A stretch of 64,000 nt of DNA from Candidatus Altiarchaeales archaeon (GTDB lineage Archaea; Altiarchaeota; Altiarchaeia; IMC4; SCGC-AAA252-I15), in the NCBI GenBank assembly GCA_014727915.1, contig WJMO01000005.1, positions 384,001 to 448,000 on the forward strand. Direction: 5' to 3'. The position numbers and the translations under genes were made by a program. Below, piece by piece: positions 28,372 through 37,246 of this stretch (its first letter is position 1; the number at the start of each line of letters is the position of its first letter). A model generated the notes under the pieces. The model was given only the letters and a program-made list of their open reading frames with translations. It was not told where the DNA came from and did not search any database.

Positions 28372-28683
28372 TTATCCGAAGAGTGAGGCCAGGCCGCTTG
28401 CGGCTTCTTCCTCGCTTGCTCCGTCGTCTTCCTTCTTCTCTTCTTTCTTCTCCTCTGCTGGTGCGCCACCACCCGCGGCTGGGGCTGGTGCTGCTGCAGG
28501 GGCTGCGACAACTGCCTTCTCGATGGCTTCGTCGATGTTGACTCCGTCCAAGCTGGCTACCAGGGCCTTCACCCTGGCCTCGTCAACGTCGACTCCCGCT
28601 CCCTTCAAGACGGCTGTGACGCCCTTCTCATCCACTTTCTTGCCTGCTGAGTGCAAGAGCATAGCAGCGTAAACGTATTCCAT
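28372..28683 (-). CDS. rpl12: 50S ribosomal protein P1 (L12)
   Basis: [11 protein letters not shown]...Ala-rich hinge...[13 protein letters not shown]. Confidence 0.97.
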   Translation of the reverse strand: MEYVYAAMLLHSAGKKVDEKGVTAVLKGAGVDVDEARVKALVASLDGVNIDEAIEKAVVAAPAAAPAPAAGGGAPAEEKKEEKKEDDGASEEEAASGLASLFG

Positions 28684-28759
28684 CTCAAATCCTCCAAAAA
28701 CTAACGCAAAAACGTAGCAGAGATATAGGGATTCCCGATATAAAAGTGTTTCACCCCCG

Positions 28760-29428
28760 TTATCCGAGGATTGAGGTCCGAACTATGGTGGTCAGGAACC
28801 GGACCCCCTCCCTGAACGCGCTGAGCTTTGACGCGCCCTTGCGGTCGTCGTATCCGATGGGCACCTCCCTGAACAAGTAACCCCGCTTATGGGAGCGTAT
28901 GGTGATAACAATCATCATATCCAACGTGTCCGGGAGGGGCTGCAGCTCATCGAACGTCGTCTTGCTGAACACCTTCATCCCGCTGCTGACATCATACACC
29001 CGCTTCATCAGCAGGATGCTCGTCAGATAAATGAAGAATGTGTTCCCCAATTTGCGGATGAACGGCATTCCAGCGTTAACCCCCAGGAACCTGGACCCTG
29101 ACACGATGCACCCGTCGCCTTTGAACTCTCCCAGCAGCTTTGGTATCGCAGCCGGCGGGTACGTGTGGTCGGCGTCCAACAGGCAGATAACGCCATAGCT
29201 GCTGTTCTCCACTCCCGTCTTTATGGCGGCACCGTAGCCTCTGTTGGTCTCGTGGCGTATTATCCTCGCCCCCGCAGACTCCGCCACCTCGCCAGTGCGG
29301 TCGCTGCTACCGTCATCGACAACAACGATCTCGTGGGTCACACCAGCCAAAGCGGCCCTGACTTCTTCCACGGTCTCTCCCACGCCATCCTCTTCGTTCA
29401 GCGCGGGAACGACCACACTCAACTCCAT
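28760..29428 (-). CDS. Glycosyltransferase family 2 (DPM1-like)
   Basis: [33 protein letters not shown]. Start MELSVV at 29428. Confidence 0.9.
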   Translation of the reverse strand: MELSVVVPALNEEDGVGETVEEVRAALAGVTHEIVVVDDGSSDRTGEVAESAGARIIRHETNRGYGAAIKTGVENSSYGVICLLDADHTYPPAAIPKLLGEFKGDGCIVSGSRFLGVNAGMPFIRKLGNTFFIYLTSILLMKRVYDVSSGMKVFSKTTFDELQPLPDTLDMMIVITIRSHKRGYLFREVPIGYDDRKGASKLSAFREGVRFLTTIVRTSILG

Positions 29429-29472
29429 ACAGAACACATACTCCGACAGTATTAAAAAACAGTATTGTGTGT

Positions 29473-29636
29473 TGTTTTGCGGTGGGGTTGTCCTGCGTTC
29501 ACTCCGTTGGGGAGCATCACTTCCCCGGTGAACCCCACCAGGTTCATGGTTGCGCAGGGGCCGCGTCCACCGCAATGTTGCCCCTCACTTGACGCACCCG
29601 ATCATCGAATCACAGGTGCCTTCGCAGAAGGGCAAG
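29473..29636 (-). ncRNA. Candidate archaeal H/ACA pseudouridylation guide RNA with two hairpins
   Basis: Hairpin 1: TGCCCTT/AGGGGCA followed by ACA, internal pocket, upper stem GCACCTG/CGGGTGC capped by K-loop TGA-TTCG-ATGAT. Hairpin 2: GCGGTGG/CCACCGC followed by AAAACA, pocket, upper stem CCTGCG/CGCAGG. TATA TTTATAAG about 25 nt upstream. Confidence 0.65.
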
Positions 29637-29670
29637 TATGATATGGGAACCACTAGCTTATAAAAACAGG

Positions 29671-30861
29671 CTATTCCCCCTTGTACACCTTCAGAGCGCA
29701 GTATTCCCCGCACATGCTGCACTCCCCTCCCTTTTTGTCTCCCTTATAGCGTTTTTTAACGTCGGGGTCCAGGGCGAGCTCGAACATGCGGTCCCAGTCC
29801 AGGTTGAACCTGGCCCTGCTCATCTCATCATCCCTGCCACGCCGGCCCAGCTTCACAACATCCGCGGCGTGAGCCGCTATCTTGGATGCAATTACGCCCT
29901 CGCGCACGTCCTTGACGTCTGGGAGCCCCAGATGCTCGCTTGGTGTCACATAGCATAGGAAGTCAGCGCCGTACATGCCGGCAACAGCCCCTCCGATGGC
30001 GGAGGTTATGTGGTCGTATCCGACGCCGACATCGCAGACCAGCGGGCCAAGCACGTAGAATGGAGCTCCCTGACACGCTTTCTTCTGCAACTCAATGTTC
30101 CGCTGAATCTGGTCCAATGGCACATGCCCCGGCCCCTCCACAATCACTTTAACACCGGCCTCCCACGCCCGCTTTGTCAGCTCTCCGAGAACCTTCAGCT
30201 CGTGGAGCTGAGCCTTGTCGGTGGCGTCATGGAGGCACCCCGGCCGCAGAGCGTCTCCCAGGCTCACCGTAACCTCATATTCCCGAAGGACTTCCAGGAT
30301 GTCATCGTAGCCGGTGTAAAGGGGGTTCTCCAGGTTGTGCTTTCGCATCCACGCCGCCAGGAAACAACCTCCCCTGCTGGTGACCGGTATTATCCGCTCT
30401 CCCGCGTGTTTGACGCCCTCCAATGTGACGCCGGCGTGTATGGTCATGAAGTCCACGCCCTCCCGGCACTGGCTTTCGACCTCTTTCAGGTAGTCTTCTA
30501 GGGTGAACTCCAAGCCCCTCCCGGCGTAGGCCTGGTATATGGGCACCGTTCCCAGGGGAACGGACGTCTCCTTGAGGATCCTCTTCCTTGTGCTGCTGGT
30601 GTCGCCTCCGACGCTCAAGTCCATCAGCGTGTCCGCGCCGGCGTCCACGGCGACCCTGGCCTTCTCCAACTCCAGTTCAACGCTCAGTTCCCCGGGGCTG
30701 AAGCCGATGTTGGCGTTGACCTTCGTGGCGACGCCCTCGCCGATGGCCAGGGGGTCGATGTCACGACGGGCGTTCTTCACCAAAACCAGGCTTCCCCCGT
30801 CCACAGCCTTACTCAGCCTTTCCCTGGGGACATCCTCCCGCTCAGATATGACATCCAACAT
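29671..30861 (-). CDS. thiC: Phosphomethylpyrimidine synthase
   Basis: KVNANIG, MDLS, GTVPIYQ, VDFMTIHAG, SRGG, EGPGH, YVTPSEHLGLP, CSMCGEYC. Confidence 0.96.
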   Translation of the reverse strand: MLDVISEREDVPRERLSKAVDGGSLVLVKNARRDIDPLAIGEGVATKVNANIGFSPGELSVELELEKARVAVDAGADTLMDLSVGGDTSSTRKRILKETSVPLGTVPIYQAYAGRGLEFTLEDYLKEVESQCREGVDFMTIHAGVTLEGVKHAGERIIPVTSRGGCFLAAWMRKHNLENPLYTGYDDILEVLREYEVTVSLGDALRPGCLHDATDKAQLHELKVLGELTKRAWEAGVKVIVEGPGHVPLDQIQRNIELQKKACQGAPFYVLGPLVCDVGVGYDHITSAIGGAVAGMYGADFLCYVTPSEHLGLPDVKDVREGVIASKIAAHAADVVKLGRRGRDDEMSRARFNLDWDRMFELALDPDVKKRYKGDKKGGECSMCGEYCALKVYKGE

Positions 30862-30931
30862 CTTATCGCAGACTATTTAACAAACGAGGCTATATTATAA
30901 GAACCCGCCTAAAATAAAACACCCTCTACAT

Positions 30932-31003
30932 GCCCGTATAGGGTAGCGGATATCCTACGGGGTTGCGGACCTCGTGACTCGCGTTCAAGTCGCGGTACGG
31001 GCA
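30932..31003 (+). tRNA. tRNA-Arg(GCG)
   Basis: Acceptor GCCCGTA/TACGGGC; D loop with GGA (A20); anticodon stem CGGGG/CCTCG with loop TT-GCG-GA; T arm TCGCG-TTCAAGT-CGCGG; upstream TATA around 30891-30900. Confidence 0.92.
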
Positions 31004-31347
31004 TCTTTGTCCTTCTTTTTTTTCCTGAATTCCTCACTGTTCTTAACTAGTATGAATGCTATGATTGTGCTCTTGGCGAGTTCGATGAATATCATGTTGG
31101 TAGTCTGGGGTGTCGTCTGGGTGAGGGCTAGTGTCACTATGGCGAGTATGATGTTGAGGGCGGAGAGGGCGACTGCGCCGAGGTAGCAGTATCTTATCCT
31201 GAATATTATGCCTGCCCCTAGGGCTGTGAGCGCCGTTCCCAGGGCGGTCACGCCTCCTCCTCCCGGCAGGGTTAGCATCCCAGTGACCAGGAACCAAGCC
31301 CCCACCAGCGTCACCCAGGCGCTCTTCTTCCTCTTCTTGACCTTCAT
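30985..31347 (-). CDS. Small membrane protein (4 TM)
   Basis: MKVKKRKK start followed by hydrophobic helices; 3' end overlaps tRNA-Arg antisense. Confidence 0.6.
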   Translation of the reverse strand: MKVKKRKKSAWVTLVGAWFLVTGMLTLPGGGGVTALGTALTALGAGIIFRIRYCYLGAVALSALNIILAIVTLALTQTTPQTTNMIFIELAKSTIIAFILVKNSEEFRKKKKDKDARTAT

Positions 31348-31357
31348 CTTGGATGTT

Positions 31358-31651
31358 CTAGCAGGATAGGCAGGACTTGAATCTCTCAAATGCGAGCTTC
31401 CCCGCTCTGAACAGGTAGTAGGCTATAACTGTGCCGCTCCAGAGAGCTACGAGGAAGTCCAGGCTGAAATCCCCCTTCACCCGGTAGTCCCATAGTGCCA
31501 GTGCCAATAGCAGGGCTGATAACATCAAGGTGCCGGCATGATATGCTATGTATGCCATCCTGTCAGCGTATCCAAAATACTCTGCTGGTATCCTGAAATC
31601 CTTAAGCTTCCTGAGATGCTTGATATGCCCTTGAGAAAGCACGATCCTCAT
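31358..31651 (-). CDS. Small membrane protein (2 TM)
   Basis: MRIVLSQ start; two hydrophobic segments. Confidence 0.55.
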   Translation of the reverse strand: MRIVLSQGHIKHLRKLKDFRIPAEYFGYADRMAYIAYHAGTLMLSALLLALALWDYRVKGDFSLDFLVALWSGTVIAYYLFRAGKLAFERFKSCLSC

Positions 31652-31944
31652 CTTCTCAGTCACCACCTGCGGCGGAGTTGTCGTCAGCGCCCTCGGCGGT
31701 GGCCTTGACAACGTATGTCTCGGTTAAAAACTCTGCCTTGTCCACGTTTATCTACTCTGCATACTGGAATATAACCTTTCTTAGAATTCTCTTACCCCCC
31801 GCATCTCCGGGCTCCTCTCCTCTCTCAGAGGGCATTTAGCCCCTGAATGCGAGCGCCAATCCTGTCATGCGGGCAACCTATGAAAGCGTGAATAGAGGGT
31901 GTTTCAGAAGCCCTAGAACTGTTTTCTGGGGGTTTTTTCACCTT

Positions 31945-33087
31945 CTATCCTGGAGGGTATGCGCTCCTCCTATTCGGGAACCTCGGGTCACTGTGGCTTT
32001 TGGGAGGCACCCTCTCGGGGCGGTCCTCGTCCGTCAGCTTTCCGCCTGCAGCCCAGTAGAGGAAGCTGTAGGTGTGGAAGTTCTGCTCTCCCTTCCCCGG
32101 CGGGTCGACCACCTGCCCTGTCTCCGCGTTCACTATCTGGGTGTAGGGCCCGGGCGATATCATGAGCCTCTCGTCTGCGACGGCGATGCCCTCCTTCTGG
32201 AATGCCTCGTTCACCCCTGATATCGTGACTGCGCCTGTCTTCTCGTCCAATCCCAGCTCTATCCCATACTTCCCGTACTTGTCGTTCAAACGCTTTACTC
32301 CCGGCTTAAGCCTGGATACCTTCGCCCGGGTCATTTCAGCCAACTGCTCTTCCGTGTACCTGGGAGCAGGCCCCTCGATGATATCCACGTCGATGTGCTT
32401 ATGCATCCTGGTGCCGGCTGTCACTGGCCTGGCATGGTCTGCGGTGGCCGGCGCTGATACTAGCATGAAGTCAGGGGGCAGTTCCTGCGCATATGAGAGT
32501 TCCCTCCCATCCCCCCTTCTTTTTACTGGTAGGATGGCGGCGTCCGATCCGAGTCGGACCTCTTCTGCCTGGTCTAATGTCCTGTCCATGACCCCCTCCG
32601 CGGAGCTGGATATGACGGTTCCCTTAGGCAGCATTATGCTGTCAGACGCTCTGAGTCCGCCGGGGATTATCGAGATCCTATCGCCTCCCCGCCCGTGGAC
32701 TGTGACATCACCCCTTGCCCTGTTGTTTCGGATTGTGATCCTGTCGCCCTTTTTAAGCTCGTACCTCCTGGTCTGCATGGGCCCGATCTCAGGGTCGTGG
32801 AATTCAAGGTCTCCACCGTAGGCCTTCGAAGCGCCTGCCAAACCCGCAGCCGCCAAACCTGCCGAAGCCGCCTTACCGAGGAAACCCCGCCTATCAATGG
32901 TCTCACCTCCTGTTTTGGCCAGTGAGTCCGCAACCCCTACGGCAGCCGCGGAAGCGGAGGTCTCGGCGCCGATGACCATGGGCTGGTCCAGCCTCTCCCT
33001 GGCCCCGAATGCAGCATCATCCTGCTCGAATGCAGCCGATAGGCTGGTCCTCTGCCTTTCCCCTTGCCTGGCTGTTTTGACGCTCAT
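31945..33087 (-). CDS. Orphan protein with internal twin-arginine signal
   Basis: IDRRGFLGKAASAGLAAAGLAGASKAYG after a 63-aa leader; 380 aa. Confidence 0.65.
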   Translation of the reverse strand: MSVKTARQGERQRTSLSAAFEQDDAAFGARERLDQPMVIGAETSASAAAVGVADSLAKTGGETIDRRGFLGKAASAGLAAAGLAGASKAYGGDLEFHDPEIGPMQTRRYELKKGDRITIRNNRARGDVTVHGRGGDRISIIPGGLRASDSIMLPKGTVISSSAEGVMDRTLDQAEEVRLGSDAAILPVKRRGDGRELSYAQELPPDFMLVSAPATADHARPVTAGTRMHKHIDVDIIEGPAPRYTEEQLAEMTRAKVSRLKPGVKRLNDKYGKYGIELGLDEKTGAVTISGVNEAFQKEGIAVADERLMISPGPYTQIVNAETGQVVDPPGKGEQNFHTYSFLYWAAGGKLTDEDRPERVPPKSHSDPRFPNRRSAYPPG

Positions 33088-33141
33088 CTTCTATATAATA
33101 TCCTGAAACACACACATAAAAGCTTTGAACATTGTATGATA

Positions 33142-33753
33142 CTATGGCCAGAGGGTTATTCTCCGGTCTGTGACCACATCTGGCGTTGTGAACTCGACTA
33201 TCGTGGAGCTGCCCACCCTCGGTATTATCTTGGTCCTGACCTTCTTGTTCTCGGCTATACCGCCCACGTCGTTGCTTCCCGTGCACTCATAGCACTTGAA
33301 CTTGACCTTCAGCACGTCCCCCCTGCTCAGATAGTCCGTCTCGAAATCGGGACCCTCTTTGGTGTAGGTCACCACAAAAACCTGGGTGTTGCTGGCAAGA
33401 ACATCGTCTGACACGTTCCCCCCGTAGTTTAGGCTCTGGGAGGTGGTGGAAGTGTCCACCAGCAGGAGGGTGTTGTTCAGGTTTATGGACTGGCTTCCCG
33501 CCTGCAGCTTCATTATCATCTCGAAGTCCTCCAGGTCGTGTCCCGTGCTCCCGTCCGTTCCCATGACATTGAGCACCTCGACTCCTGTGGCGACACCCTC
33601 CTCAGCCTGCGACCCGGTGGTGAGGGAACGCTGCTGCAGGCTGCCTGAAGTGGAGATTAGGACGGACGCCGCCACCGCGGCGACCAGTATGATGGCTATG
33701 AATATGATGAGGGTTCCAATGCCCATCATGCCCCTGTCTGAACGGATTAACAT
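33142..33753 (-). CDS. flaB: Archaellin (archaeal flagellin)
   Basis: Class III signal RG|MMGIGTLIIFIAIILVAAVAASVLISTSGSLQQR. Confidence 0.9.
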   Translation of the reverse strand: MLIRSDRGMMGIGTLIIFIAIILVAAVAASVLISTSGSLQQRSLTTGSQAEEGVATGVEVLNVMGTDGSTGHDLEDFEMIMKLQAGSQSINLNNTLLLVDTSTTSQSLNYGGNVSDDVLASNTQVFVVTYTKEGPDFETDYLSRGDVLKVKFKCYECTGSNDVGGIAENKKVRTKIIPRVGSSTIVEFTTPDVVTDRRITLWP

Positions 33754-33791
33754 GGTTTATCGTAAATAATTGGTCTGCGACCGTTAAAAGC

Positions 33792-34394
33792 CTAGGAAGT
33801 CGGCCACACGGTAATCCTGCGGTCGACCATTGTCAGCGGAGTCTGGAACTTGATGACCGTCTGAGGGCCGTGGGGGGGTATGATATGGATCTTTATGTCC
33901 TCGTCCTCGCGTATGGGGTTGGTCCTGATGGAAAGCTTCGCAACGTCCCCCAGGTTCACATAACCTGCCTCATAGTGGGTTCCCTCCTTGAGATAGTAGA
34001 CCATGTACGAGTGAGTCGACGACGAGCTGCATTCGCTGGAGCATGAGCTGTTGAATACCGTGGTCTGCTGGAAGTCCCTCCCCTCAATGTATATGAGGGT
34101 GGTGTTCAAGTTGAGGGATATCGTCCCCGGTAGCAGCCGCACCATCATGTGCAGGTTCTCCAGCTGGTGGGGGGTGGAATCCGTCGGGTGGGCGTTAGTG
34201 CCAATGATGCTTACCACCTCCAACCCGGAGGAAACGCCCTTCTTCCCCTCCATGGCCTTGAGCTGGCTCTTCTGCTGGAGGCTGCCGCCGGAAGTCAGGA
34301 GTATGATGCCTGTGACCCCGACTATGAGCAGGACTGCTATGAACACGATCAAGGCCCCCAGTCCCATGATCCCCCTGTTGCTCCAAGACTTCAT
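33792..34394 (-). CDS. flaB: Archaellin-like protein (divergent paralog)
   Basis: RG|IMGLGALIVFIAVLLIVG...SGGSLQQK; C-terminus similar to its neighbour (FxTP...DRRITxWP). Confidence 0.8.
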   Translation of the reverse strand: MKSWSNRGIMGLGALIVFIAVLLIVGVTGIILLTSGGSLQQKSQLKAMEGKKGVSSGLEVVSIIGTNAHPTDSTPHQLENLHMMVRLLPGTISLNLNTTLIYIEGRDFQQTTVFNSSCSSECSSSSTHSYMVYYLKEGTHYEAGYVNLGDVAKLSIRTNPIREDEDIKIHIIPPHGPQTVIKFQTPLTMVDRRITVWPTS

Positions 34395-34456
34395 TTAAAA
34401 CACAAGCACGTTTATATTATACTAATTTTGTTGATGTCGTATATAAGTGTTGTATC

Positions 34457-34630
34457 ATGGCGGGTGAGTCTGAGATAAACTGGAACTGGCCGGCGGAACA
34501 GATCGACAGGAGGCCTCCCAAACGCAGGGAGTCCAAGATGAGGCAGATAGGGAAGGTAGTGCTATTCTTCATCGACGAAGCCATCATACTCGTGGTGCTC
34601 GGATACATCCTCTACCGCATATTCACTTGA
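34457..34630 (+). CDS. Small tail-anchored membrane protein (57 aa)
   Basis: MAGESEINWNWPAEQIDRRPPKRRESKMRQIGKVVLFFIDEAIILVVLGYILYRIFT; fills the gap between neighbours; below the ORF-track cutoff. Confidence 0.6.
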   Translation: MAGESEINWNWPAEQIDRRPPKRRESKMRQIGKVVLFFIDEAIILVVLGYILYRIFT

Positions 34631-34633
34631 GTC

Positions 34634-35203
34634 TCATCCTGTGACTAGCCTGCCCTCCCTGGTCTGGTTCAGGTCCTGGGGTATGACGCAGCTTATCAGC
34701 TGGCTGAACGAGGTCCCGCTGATGTCGCATTGGATGTAAAAGCACGTGTCACCCTCTATCTTCGAGTTGAACTCGTCATAACCCCCTACCGTGTTGTTGA
34801 TGCAGTAGGTGACCGTTGCCCTGATCTGCGTGTCATACCATTCGCTAGGCATCTTGCCCACCGAGCCTGGGGGCGGCTTGTCCTGGCATTGGGTCGGCAC
34901 CATCCCCGACTCGGTGAAAGAGTCCTTGCACACGTAGAACGGCGCGATCGTGGTCGAAGTCGAAGCGGTGGTCGTAGTAGAAGACGTGGACTCCGTCGTA
35001 GTCGTCGAAGACGTCGTCGTTGTGGATGTAGTGGATGTGGTGGTCGTTGTTGGATTCAAGATAGCCCCTACGTCGGGGAAATCCAAACCCCCAACATCTG
35101 ATTTGAACGCTATCACCCCGACTATCAACACCCCAACCAACAGTAGGGAGAGGAGCAATATGACTATAAGGCCTCCAAGAAGTATCTCGGGTTTAGCGCT
35201 CAA
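34634..35203 (-). CDS. Membrane-anchored Thr-rich protein with Cys-containing domain
   Basis: N-terminal TM, poly-Thr/Ser linker, six Cys. Confidence 0.7.
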   Translation of the reverse strand: MSAKPEILLGGLIVILLLSLLLVGVLIVGVIAFKSDVGGLDFPDVGAILNPTTTTTSTTSTTTTSSTTTTESTSSTTTTASTSTTIAPFYVCKDSFTESGMVPTQCQDKPPPGSVGKMPSEWYDTQIRATVTYCINNTVGGYDEFNSKIEGDTCFYIQCDISGTSFSQLISCVIPQDLNQTREGRLVTG

Positions 35204-35239
35204 TGTGCATTGTTATTAGATGCTAAGCCTAAAAACAGA

Positions 35240-35563
35240 TCAGGGGAGCCTTGTAACCTGCTCGCCTGTCAACAGGGCGTCAAGGTTGAAGTCAGAACCC
35301 AGCAGGAAAGTCAGCGCATAGTATATCACCAGCAAGGCGATTATCAAGGCGATCGCCGAACCGATCGTGGAGAGCAAACCCCCCGACGACTTCTTGACCA
35401 CAGGATTCCCGCTGTCAACTACCCTGGCCTCCCCTGAAAAACCACCTCCAGATGATGGCCTAACATCAACAACTTCGGGTTTTCCGACACCCGCGTCAGC
35501 ATTGGGCGTTGCTCCCTCTTCAAAAACGCCGCCGTCCGATACGTCCTTATCCGTCTCAACCAT
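35240..35563 (-). CDS. Small single-TM hypothetical protein
   Basis: Low-complexity N-terminus plus C-terminal TM. Confidence 0.6.
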   Translation of the reverse strand: MVETDKDVSDGGVFEEGATPNADAGVGKPEVVDVRPSSGGGFSGEARVVDSGNPVVKKSSGGLLSTIGSAIALIIALLVIYYALTFLLGSDFNLDALLTGEQVTRLP

Positions 35564-35593
35564 GTTAACTACAACTTTTTCAGGGTTAAAAAT

Positions 35594-36577
35594 CTAACTC
35601 TCGGGCCCGCATATTCCCTTGAAGAAGTCCTCGGCGTTGCATTCGTCATAGAGCGAGAACACGCACACCCCATATTCCCTACCGCTCGAGTACTTCCTAA
35701 TCTTGTAAACGTAACCCTGGGCCTCGCAGTAAGCCGCCTCCGGGTTTGTCATGTTCTTTGTGGGAATCGTTGTCGTAGTAGTCGGCGGGCATACCCCTAT
35801 CTTATAGCCTATGACCCTCCTGAACTTGCTCTCGGTCGTGCATGCGACGCACGGGTTACTGAACGTCATGGCTTCGAACGTGTACGGCGTCTGGTTGCCT
35901 ACCCTAACCTCAGCGCATACTGGATTATACTCCGAACTGCATAGTGTATCAGGCTCGTATCCCCTGCATTCTGTCATGCTGTCAGTGTAGGGGCTGCACC
36001 TCCCGTCATAGTATGATCTGATCTCGCATTCGTTGCCGTTGGAGAACACACACATGAGATAGGTCTCCCCCGTCACATGCTTCCTCATCTGGATCCTATG
36101 GCCCCGGTCAAGGCAGAACGTTGAAACATCGTCTGTGAATGCGGATTCCTGGCATGAACCGTTGACGCACTCGTACCTGACATTGTATTCCGCCACTTCC
36201 GGTATGCAGTCACCCACTGAAATGCACTTTAAACCGCCCTCATAATCCTCTATGCCCCGTAACCGCCCGTCATCGAAGGTTACGTTGACGAAATGCTCCC
36301 TTGTCATGGTCTCCCCGCCTACTTCAACCTCACAGTCGTACCTGAATGTGAACGACCAGCACCTGCTGCACCTGTGGTATTCAATGCCGACATAGTGGGG
36401 GCCCCTGCAGTCGCCCTGGTTGAAAATGCTCATCTGGCTTACGTTCTGCCTTGCTGCATCCTTCTGCTCCTTGATCATCTCGGAGAGGTCGAGCGTCGTG
36501 GTCGTGGCCGGGCCACCACCGCCCCCAAGGCACCCGCACACCAACACGGATAGCACGATAAACCTCAGGAATCGCAT
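35594..36577 (-). CDS. Cys-rich lipoprotein with DUF333-like and Kazal-like modules
   Basis: CGCL lipobox-like motif; NPEAAYCEAQG...GVCVF...ECNAEDFFKGIC (DUF333-like, two copies); CSSEYNPVCA...TFSNPCVAC (Kazal-like). Confidence 0.65.
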   Translation of the reverse strand: MRFLRFIVLSVLVCGCLGGGGGPATTTTLDLSEMIKEQKDAARQNVSQMSIFNQGDCRGPHYVGIEYHRCSRCWSFTFRYDCEVEVGGETMTREHFVNVTFDDGRLRGIEDYEGGLKCISVGDCIPEVAEYNVRYECVNGSCQESAFTDDVSTFCLDRGHRIQMRKHVTGETYLMCVFSNGNECEIRSYYDGRCSPYTDSMTECRGYEPDTLCSSEYNPVCAEVRVGNQTPYTFEAMTFSNPCVACTTESKFRRVIGYKIGVCPPTTTTTIPTKNMTNPEAAYCEAQGYVYKIRKYSSGREYGVCVFSLYDECNAEDFFKGICGPES

Positions 36578-36640
36578 GGTAAATATCATGTCGCAGCCCA
36601 TAATAAACAGTTTTCTTTATATACGCCAATTAATCTTACC

Positions 36641-37246
36641 ATGAAGATAAACTGGGCTGAGAGGATACTCGTCAACAACTTCATATGGGCGATTGTCCAG
36701 AGGAATGTCATAGCCCACTACTGGAAGAAGTCCGTCGAATTGGGCGATGAAGCGGTCGTATTGGAGATCGGCTGCGGCAGGGGAGCCGGCTCGGTCATAC
36801 TCTCAGACGAGTTCCAGCCCTCCCGGGTCGACGCATTCGACCTGGACGAGGAGATGATAGGGAAGGCCGAAGACTACATACCAATAGACTACAGGGAAAG
36901 GATAAGCCTGAGCGTCTGCGACGTCAAGAGCATAGGAGCATCGGACCAAACATACGATGCGGTATTTGACTTCTTCACACTACACCATGTGAAAGACTGG
37001 GAGAAGGGCGTTTCAGAAGTTGCTAGGGTGCTGAAGCCGGGCGGATACTTCGCGTTCGGAGAGCTTTACGGCCGGCTCCTCAACAACTACATAGTCCGGA
37101 ACATATTCGAACACCCCCTTGATAAGAGGTTCGAAAGGGAGGCATGGGTGAAGGCATTGGCCGAGAACGGTCTCAGGCTGATGGAGAACAACAGGGACAT
37201 CTGGGGATATGGGATAATAGGGGTAGCTAAGAAAATAGAAGATTAG
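36641..37246 (+). CDS. Class I SAM-dependent methyltransferase
   Basis: VLEIGCGRG, FDLD, YDAVF, RVLKPGG. Confidence 0.9.
   Translation: MKINWAERILVNNFIWAIVQRNVIAHYWKKSVELGDEAVVLEIGCGRGAGSVILSDEFQPSRVDAFDLDEEMIGKAEDYIPIDYRERISLSVCDVKSIGASDQTYDAVFDFFTLHHVKDWEKGVSEVARVLKPGGYFAFGELYGRLLNNYIVRNIFEHPLDKRFEREAWVKALAENGLRLMENNRDIWGYGIIGVAKKIED

Noticed and set aside
29580-29636. SECIS-like hairpin (GAA bulge) downstream of thiC
   Set aside because: thiC has no in-frame UGA; the K-loop, ACA box and own TATA fit H/ACA better.
30862-30931. TPP riboswitch upstream of thiC (also checked upstream of thiM and thiE)
   Set aside because: No CTGAGA...CCTGA...TAA core; the space is a short divergent promoter shared with tRNA-Arg.
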